A DNA stretch of 64,000 nucleotides from NCBI GenBank assembly GCA_964234715.1, contig OZ174280.1; one strand, 5' to 3'. This document shows, piece by piece, positions 23,343 through 37,538 of the stretch. Both the position numbers and the translations under genes were made by a program. The DNA is from Podarcis melisellensis. Taxonomy: Eukaryota. Below the pieces are notes generated by a model. The model was given only the letters and a program-made list of their open reading frames with translations. It did not search any database and was not told the origin of the DNA. Every line of letters begins with the position of its first letter. Positions within the stretch are counted from its first letter, which is position 1.

Positions 23343-25856
23343 GTAAGTATGTTTAGCATAAATGACTTTTAGATGTGTAAGATCTCTGCTTTACTGCAAA
23401 GTAACTGTGTTTCTATTCAGTGCAAATTATAAATTGTAATGTGAACAGAATATGAAACCTTGTAATCGTTTCCTAATAATGACCATCAAATTAGATGCAT
23501 TTTATGCATATATGATATCCAGGCATTTAATATTTTCATCTGCCTTCAGATACCATAGCAGATTTTCTTTATTCAGCAAAAAAAGAAGTACAAGCCTAAG
23601 TAGTGCATAATCTTTTTTTTCTAAACCCCTTGAGATTTTAAAATGATTTCTGATGTCTGTATTGTATTCAGATATTGAACACGTTTCCCACTAAAGTATA
23701 GCTATGGTAGTAACATTTTGTATGAACAATTTGGCAATAACTCTGTCAGCAAACTAATAATTTGTGTTATACCTGGTTTGGGTAAGAAGAAAAGTCGGAG
23801 GAACTTTAGTGAGCCTGTCATGAATCTTAGCACACTTAGGCCTAGATGTAATTCAGAATAATAAAGGTTATATCTTGGCAGTATGGTCTTCATACAGAAC
23901 TATGAGCTAATGTAGTTAAAATGATATAGGAATGTTCTTAAAGCCATGTTTCTTCATGACTTGGGTCCTAAGTTGTTTCTCTGTTCGTGCAAGGTGAGAT
24001 AAATCCACTCCTACCTTTGCACAAACAGAGAAACAACTTAGGATCCAAGTCGTGCAAGGTCAGGAATGGTTTATCTCACCTCCCCCTCCGTCAGCAGCCC
24101 ACGTGGTTCTTATACCTCCTCCATTCTCCAGGATTATATTTTTGGGACACAGGAGACTTGAGAGGGAAGTGAGATGTGGAAAACCCTGTTCTCTGAATGT
24201 GAACTCTTGAAAGGATCCTCAGGATCCAAGTGATTATGGTACTTGGAGACAAGAAATAAGGAGCTTACCATCATATAATTCATGTTGCAAGTGACCATCA
24301 TTAGCTGTATGAACCGACTTGTAAATTTGAGCATGAATTGCTTTGCTTAAATGAGAAAACACAAAGATGGCTTCTAAAAAGATTAGCATAGTATGCAACA
24401 TAAATGTTACCTTGTACAACAATACTTGCAGACTTGATGTTTTAAGGGTATTTCTCTTCAGCTGTCTATAACTTTTGAATTACAAATTGTGTCCTCTGCA
24501 ATTCCCAACTTCCAACCCTGTATCTATGCTGGGGGAATATAACGCAAATGAAATGCACATCCATGTGTGATCATTTATTCCCCAGGTTAACTTACTGTGG
24601 ATTTTATGTGAATCACGAACAGAGCCAAAAAGAAATTAGGATTTTTTTCCCTACCAGCAAACCTTACATTAATTGGTAAAATAGTTTTCTACATGACAAT
24701 ATGACATGAAATGTAATTTTCCCATACTCCTTTTAGATTGAATTTACAGATAAAGGTTCAACATACAGTTTTGCAGAATCAAAGCAGCATGCAGCATTTG
24801 TGGACCAAAGAGATGACTGGAAAGTCATATGCATAGACATGACAACCTGCTCATTCAGTGGTTCTAGGACAATGGAAAGAATGGATATTCTAGATATTCT
24901 ATGGGGAAAATGCATCTCTATGTTCACACAAGCATTCTCATTATGTGTGCATAGTATGGGGTTAGAATGGCAAAACTGTGAAAAAAATCATTCTGAAATG
25001 CCTGCTGACTTCAGTGGGCCTTTAGTTCACTTAACTTTTTTTTAATAGGATCCAATGAGCGCCTAATCACAGGACAGAATGCGTACTTTAAGCATAGAAG
25101 AGAAGTGGAAGTTTCGAGATCATACCTAGTTCTTTTAGAACAAGAGTGGTAATTTTCAGGTGCTCCAAAATGCAACAGAGCTTATAATACACTCTTTATA
25201 TATCCTTCATATAGCTTTTTTTTTTTTTTTTTTGGTCTACAAATTGCGTTCCAGCCATGGAGGAGAGGGGAAAATGCCAAATCGGTTTCCTTTCCATTAA
25301 GAAGGCGCTCCATTTGCCCAGAAATTACAGATAATGATGATTGCTCAACTCAAGAATAGAGCCCTTTGATCATCTATATTCTCATTGGTCATGCTAAAAT
25401 AATCCCACAGTGTATACTGCACAGCACAAATATACTTATCTACATGCACGTCGTCATGCTTGAATTTCAAATTATGTACTTTACCATTTTGTTACTAATA
25501 AAGGCACTCTGTTGGCTTTTCCCTAGCAAGCAGTTTTCCTAGATAGCAATAGCTCCATTTGGGTATATTGGTATGAACGAGATACGTGGTAGACAGCATA
25601 TTTACATGCAGGTCAACATAGAACGCACTTTAATATTTGTGTGTGTGTGTGTTTGTGTATTTATATATCACACCCTATTATGTAGATATTTGTGCACATG
25701 AATTATGTTCCTAGTAGCACCTTAAAATGCGTTATGAAAATGTCTGTGCTAGAATGTAGCTGATTTTAAAAGCCCCATACTTACGTAGAACATTAGTACA
25801 ACTTAGCATCTGTACAAGTTGATGTTAAAGTTTAAAATCAACTACTTTGACCACAG

Positions 25857-26312
25857 GAAATGACCAGACAGCAACAGAGGTCAAAAGTGACAAACTACCA
25901 TCAATCAATGACTTGGATACCATTTTTGGCCCAGTATTATCCCCCAAGTCTGTTGCTGCTGACGCGGAGGATAAGTGGATCAGTTTTTCTGATCAGTCCC
26001 CGGAAAACGTAACTCCAGAGGTGACTTCACGGGAGAAGGTGGTGTCCCCACCTGTGGCATCAGAAACCCCAGATGAGCCTCCAGAGGCTGAAACCTCTCG
26101 CAGTGTTCCATCTCCACTCAATTTAGAAGAGGTTCAGAAGAAAGTTTCTGAGCAGACCCACGTTAAAGATGATAACTTAGCACCAGCAGCATCTCCTAAA
26201 GATTTTGGGGTGGGACAGAGAGCAACGCCACCTCCCCCTCCACCGCCTACCTACAGAACAGTGGTGTCATCACCTGGACCCAGCTCTGGCGGTGGCACAG
26301 GAAGCACCAGTG
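25857..26312 (+). CDS. SGIP1: SGIP1 456-nt symmetric Pro-rich exon (G)NDQTATEVK...GTGSTS
   Basis: Within ORF 25847..26332; ccacag|GA...G|gtatgt; phase 1-1. Confidence 0.96.
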
Positions 26313-29300
26313 GTATGTCTAAACAGCTTTGAGTGTGCTTCAGTGTGGCCATGAATGCTGCCGTGTGAACACAAAACCTTTTTAGCTACTCTTAGTTGGT
26401 TGGCTTTTAAGCATCAGTCATTGTTTGATTGTACTGTGCCCCGTGGCTTCTTTATTTTCTTTTTATTCTGTGCTCTCGCGGTCCAATTTAACCTTGAACC
26501 TTTGATACTGTGTGTTCTTTCCCTGCCATTGCTGAATGTCTGGTGTTTACAGGAGAGCGTTATGTCCAGACATAGTTGGAAAAGCTATTACCTTAAGAGT
26601 TTAAGGTGAATTTATAAAACTTCCTAAGCTACAAAGCAACTAGTTAAAACTCTTGTCTTCTCCCATTGTACAACCATGCTTAGCTTCTGCCCCTCAAGGA
26701 ATGGGCAGCTCCTCGTTTTTCTCCATAAGGAAGTGATGATCAAAGATACTCCTTTTGCTAAGGAACTTCAGAATCTTCTTGACCTTCCTCAGAAAACCAG
26801 TGAAGCTTTTAATAGGCTTTCTTCTTACCCTTCCAATTTAGAGCTGGGTACAATCTATGAGCAATATGATGGAAATACTGTATCATAACTAGGAAGGATC
26901 TCTTGCTTGTCTAGCAAACATTTATTCTGCCAATTCATGGAGCTATCTACAGCTCCTGGCCATGATATCTATATTCGGCCTCCACTGTTGGAGGCAGGAT
27001 GCATCTGAAAACTAGTTGTTTAGGAACACAAGTCAGAAGAGTGCTGATGCACTCAGGTCCTGGGTTTAGGATTGGACTAGATGGGCCTTAGGCCTGATCC
27101 ACCAGGCTCTTCTCCTGTTCTTCACTACAGATTAAAAACCATAAAGTTAATCTGGAATTTTCCATCAATGTTTTGTAAAGGTCGTACCCACACAATACAA
27201 TTAATGCAGATTCAAGGCACACGGATTCCTCCAAAGAATCCTGGGAACTATAGTTTGTTATGGGTGTTATGTCTTCCCCCATTGCAGGTAGGAAAAAAGA
27301 TTTCATAGTGACAGGAAGAAGTAGAGGTTAAGGGTTCTATTTTTCCCCTTCCTACCACAAAAAGTGTGGAGGATATGACATCATGGAATCCCCTGTCTGT
27401 GACTATCTAGCAAACATGTTGCACATCCTCCCACACACCTTAGGGCTGCAGTCCTATACAAACTTACCTGAAAGTAAATGCCATTGTACTTGAGACGATT
27501 TACTTCTGGGGAGATATGAATAGACTTGCATAATAAGTAATTCAGCTTTAAATGTGAGTGTGGGTGATGAATTAGCAAAAAAAAATGCAGCAGTAATTGT
27601 TTCATGACAACCTTGGGTTGCAAGATATGCAAGTGTTAAAGAGAGTCTTTGCATTGTCTACTGTGCATGCAGCTCTCTGAGAGCCCCTGGGGGCAAGAGA
27701 GGTCACTTGGTAGCCCTTAGGCAGAGAACTTTTCATAAATCCAGTTAAGGAGAAAAGGATACCTAGAATGATCTAGGCATGCTTTCATACATGCACCATT
27801 TCTTTCCCAGGGCTCAATCCCTACCTAACTTCAAAACCTACATGATGTAGTTCTGGTTTGGAGGAGTTTCAGTTGGTGCATGCTTCTTAAGATAGGTACT
27901 CAAACAAGTTGCTGAAAGTGGGAGAGCTTTCTCTGTGTGCACTCTCACTAGAGCTGGCCTGTATATGGAAGATTATTTTCAAGTGTGGACAGCTGTCTTT
28001 AATATTCTACATATTTTAGGCAGATGCAAGGCCCGCTAAGAATAATGAATCCCAATACTGGGCAAGTATGAAGATTTATGCAACTTATTTTCTCAACTCT
28101 TTAGCAGAGCTCCAACAGGAAGCTGATCAGATTCGCTTAATAACTTATAAGGAAGGTTTTAATTATCACCAAAACTACAACTTTAGTTTCAAAACAGAGT
28201 CTTTTCCATGGCTAACAGATTCAAGATTAGCTAACTAAATGAATTTTAATTGAATTTATTCTTGCTATGAAATGCCATGGATGTAGGTCTAATGCTGAAA
28301 TGGAAGAAGATTACTTTTGGCGTATTATATTGCAATTGCAGCAATATAATGAAACCATATTTGTTTTAACTATATTGATTTCTATCTGCAAATTGTATAT
28401 ATATATATATATATATATTTGCTTTCGTAGATTATATATATGTATTGAAGATATCTGCTGATTTTGTTACAAGGTGTTGTAAAGGTTTCGTTTTTTAACA
28501 TCTAGATGTAAAACTCTAATGTTGTTCCTGTAGTAAGAGGTCCTTTTTTAGTTGATCACCGAGGTGACAGATGGGTTCTTACAAAACTTCCATCTGTTTC
28601 ACTGAAGTTTCATAGGACACAAATCTGGTAGCTCTATGACACTGGATCACACATGCTGCCATAATTTGTTTTTCAGTAATCTGGGATTAATATTTGTGTA
28701 GTGCATGTTTAGCATAATTGGGGTTTTATGTTGTTTTAATGAGGAGGGGAAATAGTGGTTTGAGTGCACAGAACTTGTTACTTGGCACTGGAGTTTTACA
28801 TGCACCAATAAATACAAAATATTTTAAATGGCCAAGGCTTTTCCAAGAATTTACCTTAAGCAAGGAAGCTTTTAGGGCATGCTTAGCAAATGCAGCATCA
28901 TTACATAATCATCTAGCCTTATATTTTTAAAGCTCCATCAATCATCTTCTGATAGCTGTGTGTTTTGTGTGCGTGTTCCATTGACTGCATGAAGCATGTA
29001 ATGCAGTCAGTGCTTACGATCAACACTGTAATGCTGATATGATAAAACCAACCCATACACAACTTGGATGTTAAATATCTTGTTTCACTTTTAAAGGACT
29101 GACTGACTTAGGAATTGGTGGTCTGTTGAATGTGGAATATATTCCCCTTCCTTTTCTATTTGGAATATGGCTTTGCCTTTTACAGTTCACAAATACCTGC
29201 CATTTTAACCTTGGGAGGAAGGAGGGACATGTACAAAATGTCACACACCAGAATGGCCCAATAAAGAAGGGGTGTTAATGGGGAGGGGGTTTGCTACCTT

Positions 29301-30500
29301 TAGCAGCATGAGAGCCACTGCAGCATAGCTCCTTCCTGTGTCACTCAGTAACATCTGTCATATGTGCACAGTATGTACAAGGAGCCCGTGCTGTGAGTCC
29401 TTCCCATGCTACTATTATTCCAACTTCCAGGAAGAATAATGCTAGAATGGGAAGAAGACACAGCAGGAATTCCTCCTGTGACAGCAGACTTTTGATGTTT
29501 CCAAGCAGGTGCAAAGGAGCAGCGCTGTTGTAGCTTAGATGCCTCTGAAGGTAACCTGGGCTCTTATTCAGTCATTTTCTATTGTTATCTCCTACTCCTA
29601 CTCCTACTAGAAAACATTTATCCTACGTATTTTGGCATGGTAAATTATATAAGTTGCTATGGAATTGCTGAACTGTGTTTTGATACGTATCAATAACTAT
29701 TAAACTGCCATTTAAATAACCTTCCCTTTTGTAGTTTAACCTCCTTTTTTGTTCAGTAGTCATCAATGATGATATGAAAAAACCATTATACACTTTGGAA
29801 GAGAGATTATTTTTCAATTTCTTAAATATCTGCATTTTATTCCAAGTCGTTGTAACATCAGTCTTTTCACCATTCTAGTGTTCTTAGCTGTTCTCTTATT
29901 TGCTAGCATCTTACAGTTACAATCACATGAAAATAATTGTGCAAGGCTTGTCTCTTTGTACACCATTGTTCCCTAAGAATAAATGGGTATTCCATTGTTA
30001 CATCATTGCGTTCTGTTGCAGCACCACTTACGTTTGCATAACAAGAACACATTATGCTTTTATTGCAAGAGCATAATAAGGAATGGGTAAGTTTCAGGAA
30101 TACCCCCCAAAAACTTTTAGAGATCACTTTTTCATCTAAAGTGGGTTCACTTCACCAAGTGCTGCTTCCTCATGTAAGTTAAAGAAGTTTATGTAGGAGC
30201 AGTGTGTTAACTGTAGTCACAATATTGTCATTGCCAAGAGCATGTGAAACTTCCATTGGCATAATAGCAGGAAAATAAGCTTTTCTGTTTTATTGTGACT
30301 TCACAACTTTCTGATCTTATCCAACTCCCATCTACACATATGAATTGTCTTGTTATGCAACAGCTGCCAGCCTAAGTCAAAAGCTGTTTGGGCAACTGTT
30401 TGCTTGATGGTCTGCTATGTGTTGGGTTTTTTGATAAAGGTGGGTAAGAACTGCAGTAAGGACAGCTCAACACCATATTTATAGTGTGCGTTTATTTCAG

Positions 30501-30625
30501 GTTCATCATCTCCTGCTCGACCTGCAACCCCGTTGGCATCCTGCAGCAGCCCTACTCCCCCGCCTCCTCCACCTAGACCCCCATCTCGTCCAAAATTGCC
30601 TCCAGGGAAGCCTGGAGTTGATGTG
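30501..30625 (+). CDS. SGIP1: SGIP1 exon (G)[10 protein letters not shown]...KPGVDV (125 nt)
   Basis: atttcag|GT...GTG|gtaggt. Confidence 0.95.
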
Positions 30626-31779
30626 GTAGGTTTAGCTTCTTCAAAATTACTAATTAAATTGAGACAACATAACTTCAGCTCATCGTGGTACAGACAAATA
30701 GAGATGAACAAAGAATTCTTAACAAACAAATGACTTCTGCCATGTCCCTAACTAGTGTCTGACTTCCTCCGTTATTTGAAACCAAGAGAATGGAATAATC
30801 TCTGTTGATGACGGTAAATAGGCAGATTGTTATGGAAAGTCCACATTTGAAATTGCAGGCTACTTTTGTTGGTTTTGTTGGTCATGCCACAAACAAGTCA
30901 GAATTTTTACACCTGTGTAGGAATATGCATTTGCTTTAGCAAGAACATCTCTAAAATGTCAAGAAGGTTCAAGAAAGCTGCTATGCCCCAGTTAAATTGA
31001 AATTGTCTGACACTAGTGATGACATGTATCTTTCCACATTTTCTGAAACACTTGGACTTGTACATACATAAGCAAACCAAAGGGATGCTTCAGTTTTTAC
31101 TATTCTGACATGAAAAGCACTTCTTTGTCAGAAAAAGTGTACATATTTGTTCCTGTCATGTGACAGATGTGCATATACTTTCCACTATGTATAAACACAA
31201 TCTTGGGAAGTCACAGCCAACTATGGATTCAAGTACACATTCACAAAGTGAAAGAAACTCATTTACCATTACCATCCATGACCATCCACATGCTCTTTTC
31301 ATATCTGTTCCTATGTAGCCATCCTTGCTATATAAGAAAGAGTGTAGTGTTTGGAACAACTCTGTATGAAAAGTAATCCATCATTGTGCATTCCATTAGT
31401 GAAACAACCCAGTGATTTTATTGTGGACCATTGTTTAATTTTGCACCTGTGAACTGTTTCTTGTACACCATAGTTTTTGCAGTTTCAGATGCATTCCCCA
31501 AACGTTACATTCTGCAGCATGTTTCTCATCTGCACTACAAATATAGATCACTTGCATTAGAGAACTCAGTAAAACTTTTGGCTACACAATTGGGCTAGTA
31601 AAAAATAAATAGCAGCTGAGAAATCAATGGATCTGTAAATCCACTCAGTGTGAATGGATTAATTCTGGGTGTTCCAGGGGCCTTAGAAGATAGCGTGTGC
31701 AGTTGTGAGTATTCTTGCTTAAGTTCATGTTCAGAAATGCACTGTGTGTATCTTTAATCTTGTTTGTGTTTGTCTACAG

Positions 31780-31906
31780 TCCAGACCTTTTAGCCCTCCG
31801 GTTCACTCTTCCAGCCCTCCTCCAATAGCACCTTTAGCACGTGCTGAAAGCACCTCTTCCATATCGTCCACCAATTCCTTGAGTGCAGCTACTACTCCAA
31901 CAATTG
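31780..31906 (+). CDS. SGIP1: SGIP1 exon [12 protein letters not shown]...AATTPTI (127 nt)
   Basis: ctacag|TCC...G|gtaacg. Confidence 0.96.
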
Positions 31907-34900
31907 GTAACGAAAAGCTTTTCTTTGTTTGAAGAATAGTTTCCATGAGTGGAATGGCTTGAATATTTTAATTTCTGAAACCCTTTATTTGGTTTATATT
32001 TTCCTTTGTTTTCGTTGTCATGGTCATGTTATGTTAAAGCACTTTTTAATGTAAATGAGAATTGCACTCTTGATTAACTGTAGACTGCTGCAACTGCAAT
32101 GTATATTTGTGTATAAAATAGCAGGGACCTGAAGGGATGCATAGGCTCCCTTTATTCCCTAAACTGTGCCTTGCCCCAATAATTTCCTAAATTCCGCTAA
32201 GATCACGAAGCAGTTTTCATTGGGTATAGGAGACTTTCCAAGGGGAGATCAGGAAAGTGGAAAGAATGGACCTCATCTGCTGGCAGGTTTTCTATGCTGA
32301 AAAGTTATTCTGCCTACAAACCAAACTGCTTTTTGAATTGGAGGAGGGAAACTCTAAACAGTAGTTTAGGATTCAATGCAGCATTTCCTGGAAGTCTTTT
32401 AGAAGCCAGTGGAGATGTGGAACAGTCATGTTTCCCTTTGAATTCTGACCACTATAGATACAAAATGTTTTACAGTACTGTCTCGCAATTTGGCAATAAT
32501 ATAAACCATTGTTAGATTAGTTAGCTGTAGCAAAACTAGATAGATGCAATAAAAATGAATAAAGTTTAACACAAAGTTTATCTTAGTAAGGAGAAATAGG
32601 AAAGGATAGCAGGAGCAGAAAGTATACTCTAGAACCAGATATTATTAAAAAGTAATGTTACAAACCAATTGTATTTGCTTCTTGGATTGCAGAAACGGTA
32701 CACATGAAAAATTTCAAAAAGTTCTAAACTTTTTCAGATCCAGTTTCATAGAAATTTGAAAATATGGAAAGTTGTACTGAAAACATGTTTTTTTCTTCTT
32801 AAGCTGAGGTTAGATTACACTTGTCAAAAGTGATAAATGTTCTGTGGCTGGCAACGCCTGGATGTTGATGCTTTTCATTTTTTGCTTCATTCTCTGGTCT
32901 TCCTTTCTGCTCCCTGCTCCACTTCCTTCTCAGACAAACATATATTTGAATTCTCTTTGTCATTCTTTATTTCATTTACAATACGCTTCATCTTCTTTAC
33001 ACCTTAAAATCACCTTCTTCTCTCTGCTATAGTTCTTTTGTGCTGCAGACTCCTGGTTTTCCTTTCTGACCTGCGTCTCTTTTCATCAACGCTTCTGCTC
33101 TTCTACAGACCATCTCTGTCACCTTCAGTTCTCATTGTATGCCAGGTTGTTTTCTTTTATTGGTTTTCCCTTCTTTTACATCCCTTTGGACCCGTTCTGC
33201 TATTAGTCTAAACTTTCTTTCTGTAGTGTTCCTGCTGTGTGCCTCTTAACCTCAATTTTTTTATCAAGCATTTTCTAATCTGTGTAGACGAGAACGGGCA
33301 CTTGAGCTGCTGCTCAAATTGTCTTTCTGACTATTCTGAATGAACTCAGAATGGCAACAAATTGGATATTCCAAGAAAGGGGGGGAAAATCAAAAATCTG
33401 AATGAGCTGAAATGGATATGTTTTGTCTTCATTTGAGTAATAGCCATTGAGCATACTACTGACTTCCCATACTAGTGGTGTTTAGTCTTCACTCAGTCAT
33501 AGTAATTCATAGATACTTGTTTTGCTTATTAGAAAATGAAGATGCTGTCAACTGGGGCATATATTCAAGCCTCCAGTGATAATTTGTTAAATGCTGAACC
33601 TGGTTTGAAGTGCTTTCAGCTTTAGTTTGTCTTTTTGAAAAACCGTTCACTCTTGCTTCTTTCTGCCTATTGTGTGTGAAATGGAAGTGTGTGGGGGAGA
33701 GTGCTTAATGCAATTTTCTGACTTCATGTTTCCCTTTTCATACCTACCGGTATGTCCTTTGTTTCTGCTTGCTGTTGGTCAGTGCAATGACCAGGGTGAT
33801 ATAAATGCATATCAGTCAAAGTACTGAATAGCATTTCAAATACCTAACTAACAATATCGTATTATCAACTAAGAGGCTGTGTCATCAGTGGCTCAACTCC
33901 TTGTATGTGAAGTATTATGTTCCATGGGGTGGTGTAAATTGTCTGAAACTGATGTCGATCAGTAGTTTCTATGACACACTGTTGTGTGTTCTTATCAGTA
34001 ACTGTGTTTCAGAACATAAGGTTCCAATGGAATCAAGCCCAACTGATTTGTGAAAAGGGCTACTTTTAAGTTGAAACATTAGCCTAGGTTTTGTGCAGGT
34101 AAAACAGGTGATGGGGAGGAAAACACAATTTTCTGTTGAAATAATAATTTTCCCCCTATATAAGCATGAACATGATGACTCTGTCACTATGGACATTTTC
34201 ATTAATGGAAGTAAAGTTCCTCTAGATAAATTTTGTTGCTTTTAAAAGAAATAACCAATGATCCATAGAGACCATTGCTGGTTTCTGTTTGATTTTAGGA
34301 TAGCAATTGTGAAAGTCAAGGTGAATTAGAGTCAGGATTATTCTGTTGTTATTCAACATGATTCCACAAATCTAGATAGCCTTCAGATTGATATTCATAG
34401 ATGTGGTAACCACAAAAAATGTCGAAACATTTATTTATTTTAAAACATAATATTTATATTATGCCTATTGTAAAGTTACATGTCTTTTCTAAAGCTACCA
34501 GTACATCCAACTTGTAAATACAATATTGGAAAAATCTGATGACAGTTCAAATATAAACAATCATTAAAATAGCCATCAAATCAGTATCAAACAAGGGTTG
34601 CCTGAAAAGAAAGGCTTTATATAATCTTTCTAAAAGCCTGTGCTTATGAGCTCCAGCAGATATTCTTTAAGTTTTTTTTTCAGTGGATGGAAGGAACCAG
34701 TTACTCAATAGCCAAGGACACTCTTTCAAACACAACCGTTTAAAAGTGCTATAGATTACCCCCAAAGCCTTATATTTAACCTAAACTTTATAAGCAATGT
34801 GAATGTGCAGTTGTGATAGGGTAGTACATAATCCAAGTTTTAGGTGGCAGCACACTTAAAACGTTACAAGCTTTGAAGGCCACATGCTTTTGACTAACCA

Positions 34901-35277
34901 TTCAAGAACACGAGTAGGCCTTTGATTCATAGTCTTGACATGAACATGATTCATTCGCCATATATGATTTTTAGAGAAATTGCTGTTACATTTAAGTTGA
35001 TTGAGTAATCAGGCATTTTATTAAAATTATCTAAGTGGCCTTTTTTACAGACGGCCTTGGAGATTTTCACCACCCTTGTTGGGGTGAAGAGAAGCTTTAA
35101 TACAAAACAATTGAGAAAACAGCTGAAATTGCTAATAAGGAGTTCCTGGTTTGTATTTGTACATCCCAGCTATTTTTAGTTATTGTGTATTTGTTCATAG
35201 TGACTAGCCTGAGCATTCTTTATGCTGGCAATATGAAGGTCTTGACATGAGCACTATAGTTAGACTTCCCACTGACT

Positions 35278-35680
35278 GGTCTGATTTGCTTGCCACGCAA
35301 AGCTAAATCAAGGCTTAGTGTGAGTACATGGGTTCCCAGAGAGGAGCTTGCAGCTGCTTTGCTGTTCCTGAGTTCTTTTTGCTGCCACGTAACCCTGATC
35401 TAAGCCAAAGCTTAGCACATTGTTCAAACCTGGGCATCATGGTTATGGTCCCTAGACTAACCACAACTAACCCTTGGTTACAGCTCATAGCTAGTCTGGA
35501 GACGGCCTGATCTTAAGTCCAGGCGCAGAAGACATGCTAAGCTTAAACTCGGTTTAGCTCAGCATGGCACATTAGCAAAAAAGACCAGGGAGCAGCAAAG
35601 CAGCTGCAAGCTCCTTTCTGGGAGCTCACACATGCATGCTAAGCCATGGTTTGGTTTAATGCTATGTGCAAGCCTGTTCA
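35278..35680. mobile_element. Long foldback (palindromic) MITE-like element
   Basis: Arms GGAGCTTGCAGCTGCTTTGCTG and CAGCAAAGCAGCTGCAAGCTCC, with imperfect complementarity extending outward. Confidence 0.75.
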
Positions 35681-36794
35681 CTTTCGCAGCTTATAAAAAG
35701 GGGCTGCTTGGTTTATGCATCCCTTTTTTTTAGAAATCTGAAATTAGGATTCGCTTCTAGAGATAGCCAAGGAAATAGTCACACTCTTAGACAAGGCGAA
35801 CTATTTCTGGAGTGTTTTCTTGAATGTGTTAAACACAGGCACAATTTTACATTAATATTAGATCAGCTTGTTTTGTCCTTTGATATTGTTGGGTGTCTGT
35901 GTCTCTGTGGGGAGAATTGTATTCACTGTAGTAAAATAAAAGGAAATCTTTGTTAAATGCTCAAATTCTGTGTTCTCCTCAATGCTCTCCCTGAGTAGGG
36001 ACGGAGGGAAGGACCGTATTCCCCACAGGTACCTTAATTTTAAAAATCTCCCTTTAGTTTTCCATTTTATGAGAATATATAGGTAGCTTCCAGAATTTAT
36101 TGGCTTCTGGAACAAAATAATGAGAATTTTTTCATCTACTCCTTGAAAATAGGAATGCATGTTTATTGGCAACAGAGAAAGCTCCACCTGTCCCAAATAG
36201 GCAAGTGGTATTGTCAGATCATGTGTTGGATGGGACTGGATTGTGCCAATCTGCTCTTGTGGCCCATGACAAATAATGCAGTAAATTATGCTTAATATGC
36301 TGAATGGCTTGGCATGTAAAAAGCTTCCAGCTCAAGGCAAAAGCATGGCAGGCCTTTACCATGGAGAGGGAATAGCAATTCCTGTGGGGCACACAGAGCT
36401 CAAGTTCTAATGCAATTTCAGACCTATTGAGCCAGGGCTAGTTTGAGTCCTTGGTTCGTATCCTAAACCATGGGATTCAAAAAATTGTTCTAAAGATCTG
36501 GCCTTTGTATTTTTCCCTGTTTCAGAGAACAATGATTATGGGTTACAGTGATACTATTAGGCTTGAACAGGTTAGCAGAGTAAAAAAAATATGGGAGGCC
36601 ATTAGCAAGAAGCAATGGGTCCCAGTTATAGCATTGGGAAATACCACTTGATTGTAGAAATGGTTGGACAGTGGAACACAATTGGTTTTTTTAGAGGATT
36701 TTAGCAAGAGTAAATGACCCTTTGCCAGGTATGCTTTGAGTGTGGGGAACTTTTCCTTGTTGCAGTAGCCCCTTTTAAATTCTGTGAATCTAAG

Positions 36795-36930
36795 ACAAGA
36801 GTAGTCAACATGATGCCCTCCAGATGTTGCTGGCCTCCAGCTCCCATCAGCCCTAGCCAGCATGGTCAACAGTCAGAAATGGTGGAAGTTGTAGCCCAGC
36901 AACATCCAGAGAACACAGGTCCTCCATCCC
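36795..36930. mobile_element. Degenerate hAT MITE of the same family as 1742 and 8264 (more copies near 39930, 49720, 55140, 58960, 60460)
   Basis: CCCTCCAGATGTT...CTCCCATCA...AACATCCAGA core. Confidence 0.7.
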
Positions 36931-37478
36931 TGGGCTACAGTCACACTTCAGCAGTTAGAGTTTCTTCAGTGCTCCTAAACTGACTACTCCTGATTTAAGA
37001 CATGGAAGGGTTTGGACACTTATTATAAAATTCCACATGAAGAGTAAGGTACACAAGATACACATCTACTTAGAAGTAAGCCTTATTGAGTTCAATATGA
37101 CTTACTCCCAGTAAGTGTCCCTACGATTATGGCCTAAGTAGCTCGTAAGAAGCACAATTTCTCAGCCTTTGTGGCTTCCCTGTGTGTAGCTCTTCTAGTC
37201 TCTAAAGGTTATCCCATATATGGAGAGTTTGTCTGAGGAAATATGACACAAAATTATTTCATTTACTGTTTGTCTTTTTTGTATTTGTTTTTGGGTTCTT
37301 GTGGTGGTTGTTGCATATGATTTTGATAATAAAAAGAGATGTGTCCACCATTTCTATGTCTATGATCTTTTTTTCATTGTAATGTTTGTGGTTTGGTTGA
37401 TAACAGCTACTTGATTTTCATTTGGAATTTGTGTTTTCATTGTTTTTCTTTTACATTTCTTTTGCTCATGGGTTTCAG

Positions 37479-37538
37479 AAGATGATGCTTATGTTGACAA
37501 ACTGCTCACGTTTGAAAGGCATTGTGAAACTCCTGCAG
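37479..37538 (+). CDS. SGIP1: Probable SGIP1 60-nt cassette exon (E)DDAYVDKLLTFERHCETPA
   Basis: Long T-rich tract, tttcag|AA...G|gtactg; phase 1-1 and open in frame; resembles an isoform-specific segment I recall from other vertebrates. Confidence 0.75.

Noticed and set aside
30415-30729. Gly-rich antisense ORF
   Set aside because: Shadow of the Pro-rich SGIP1 exon on the opposite strand.
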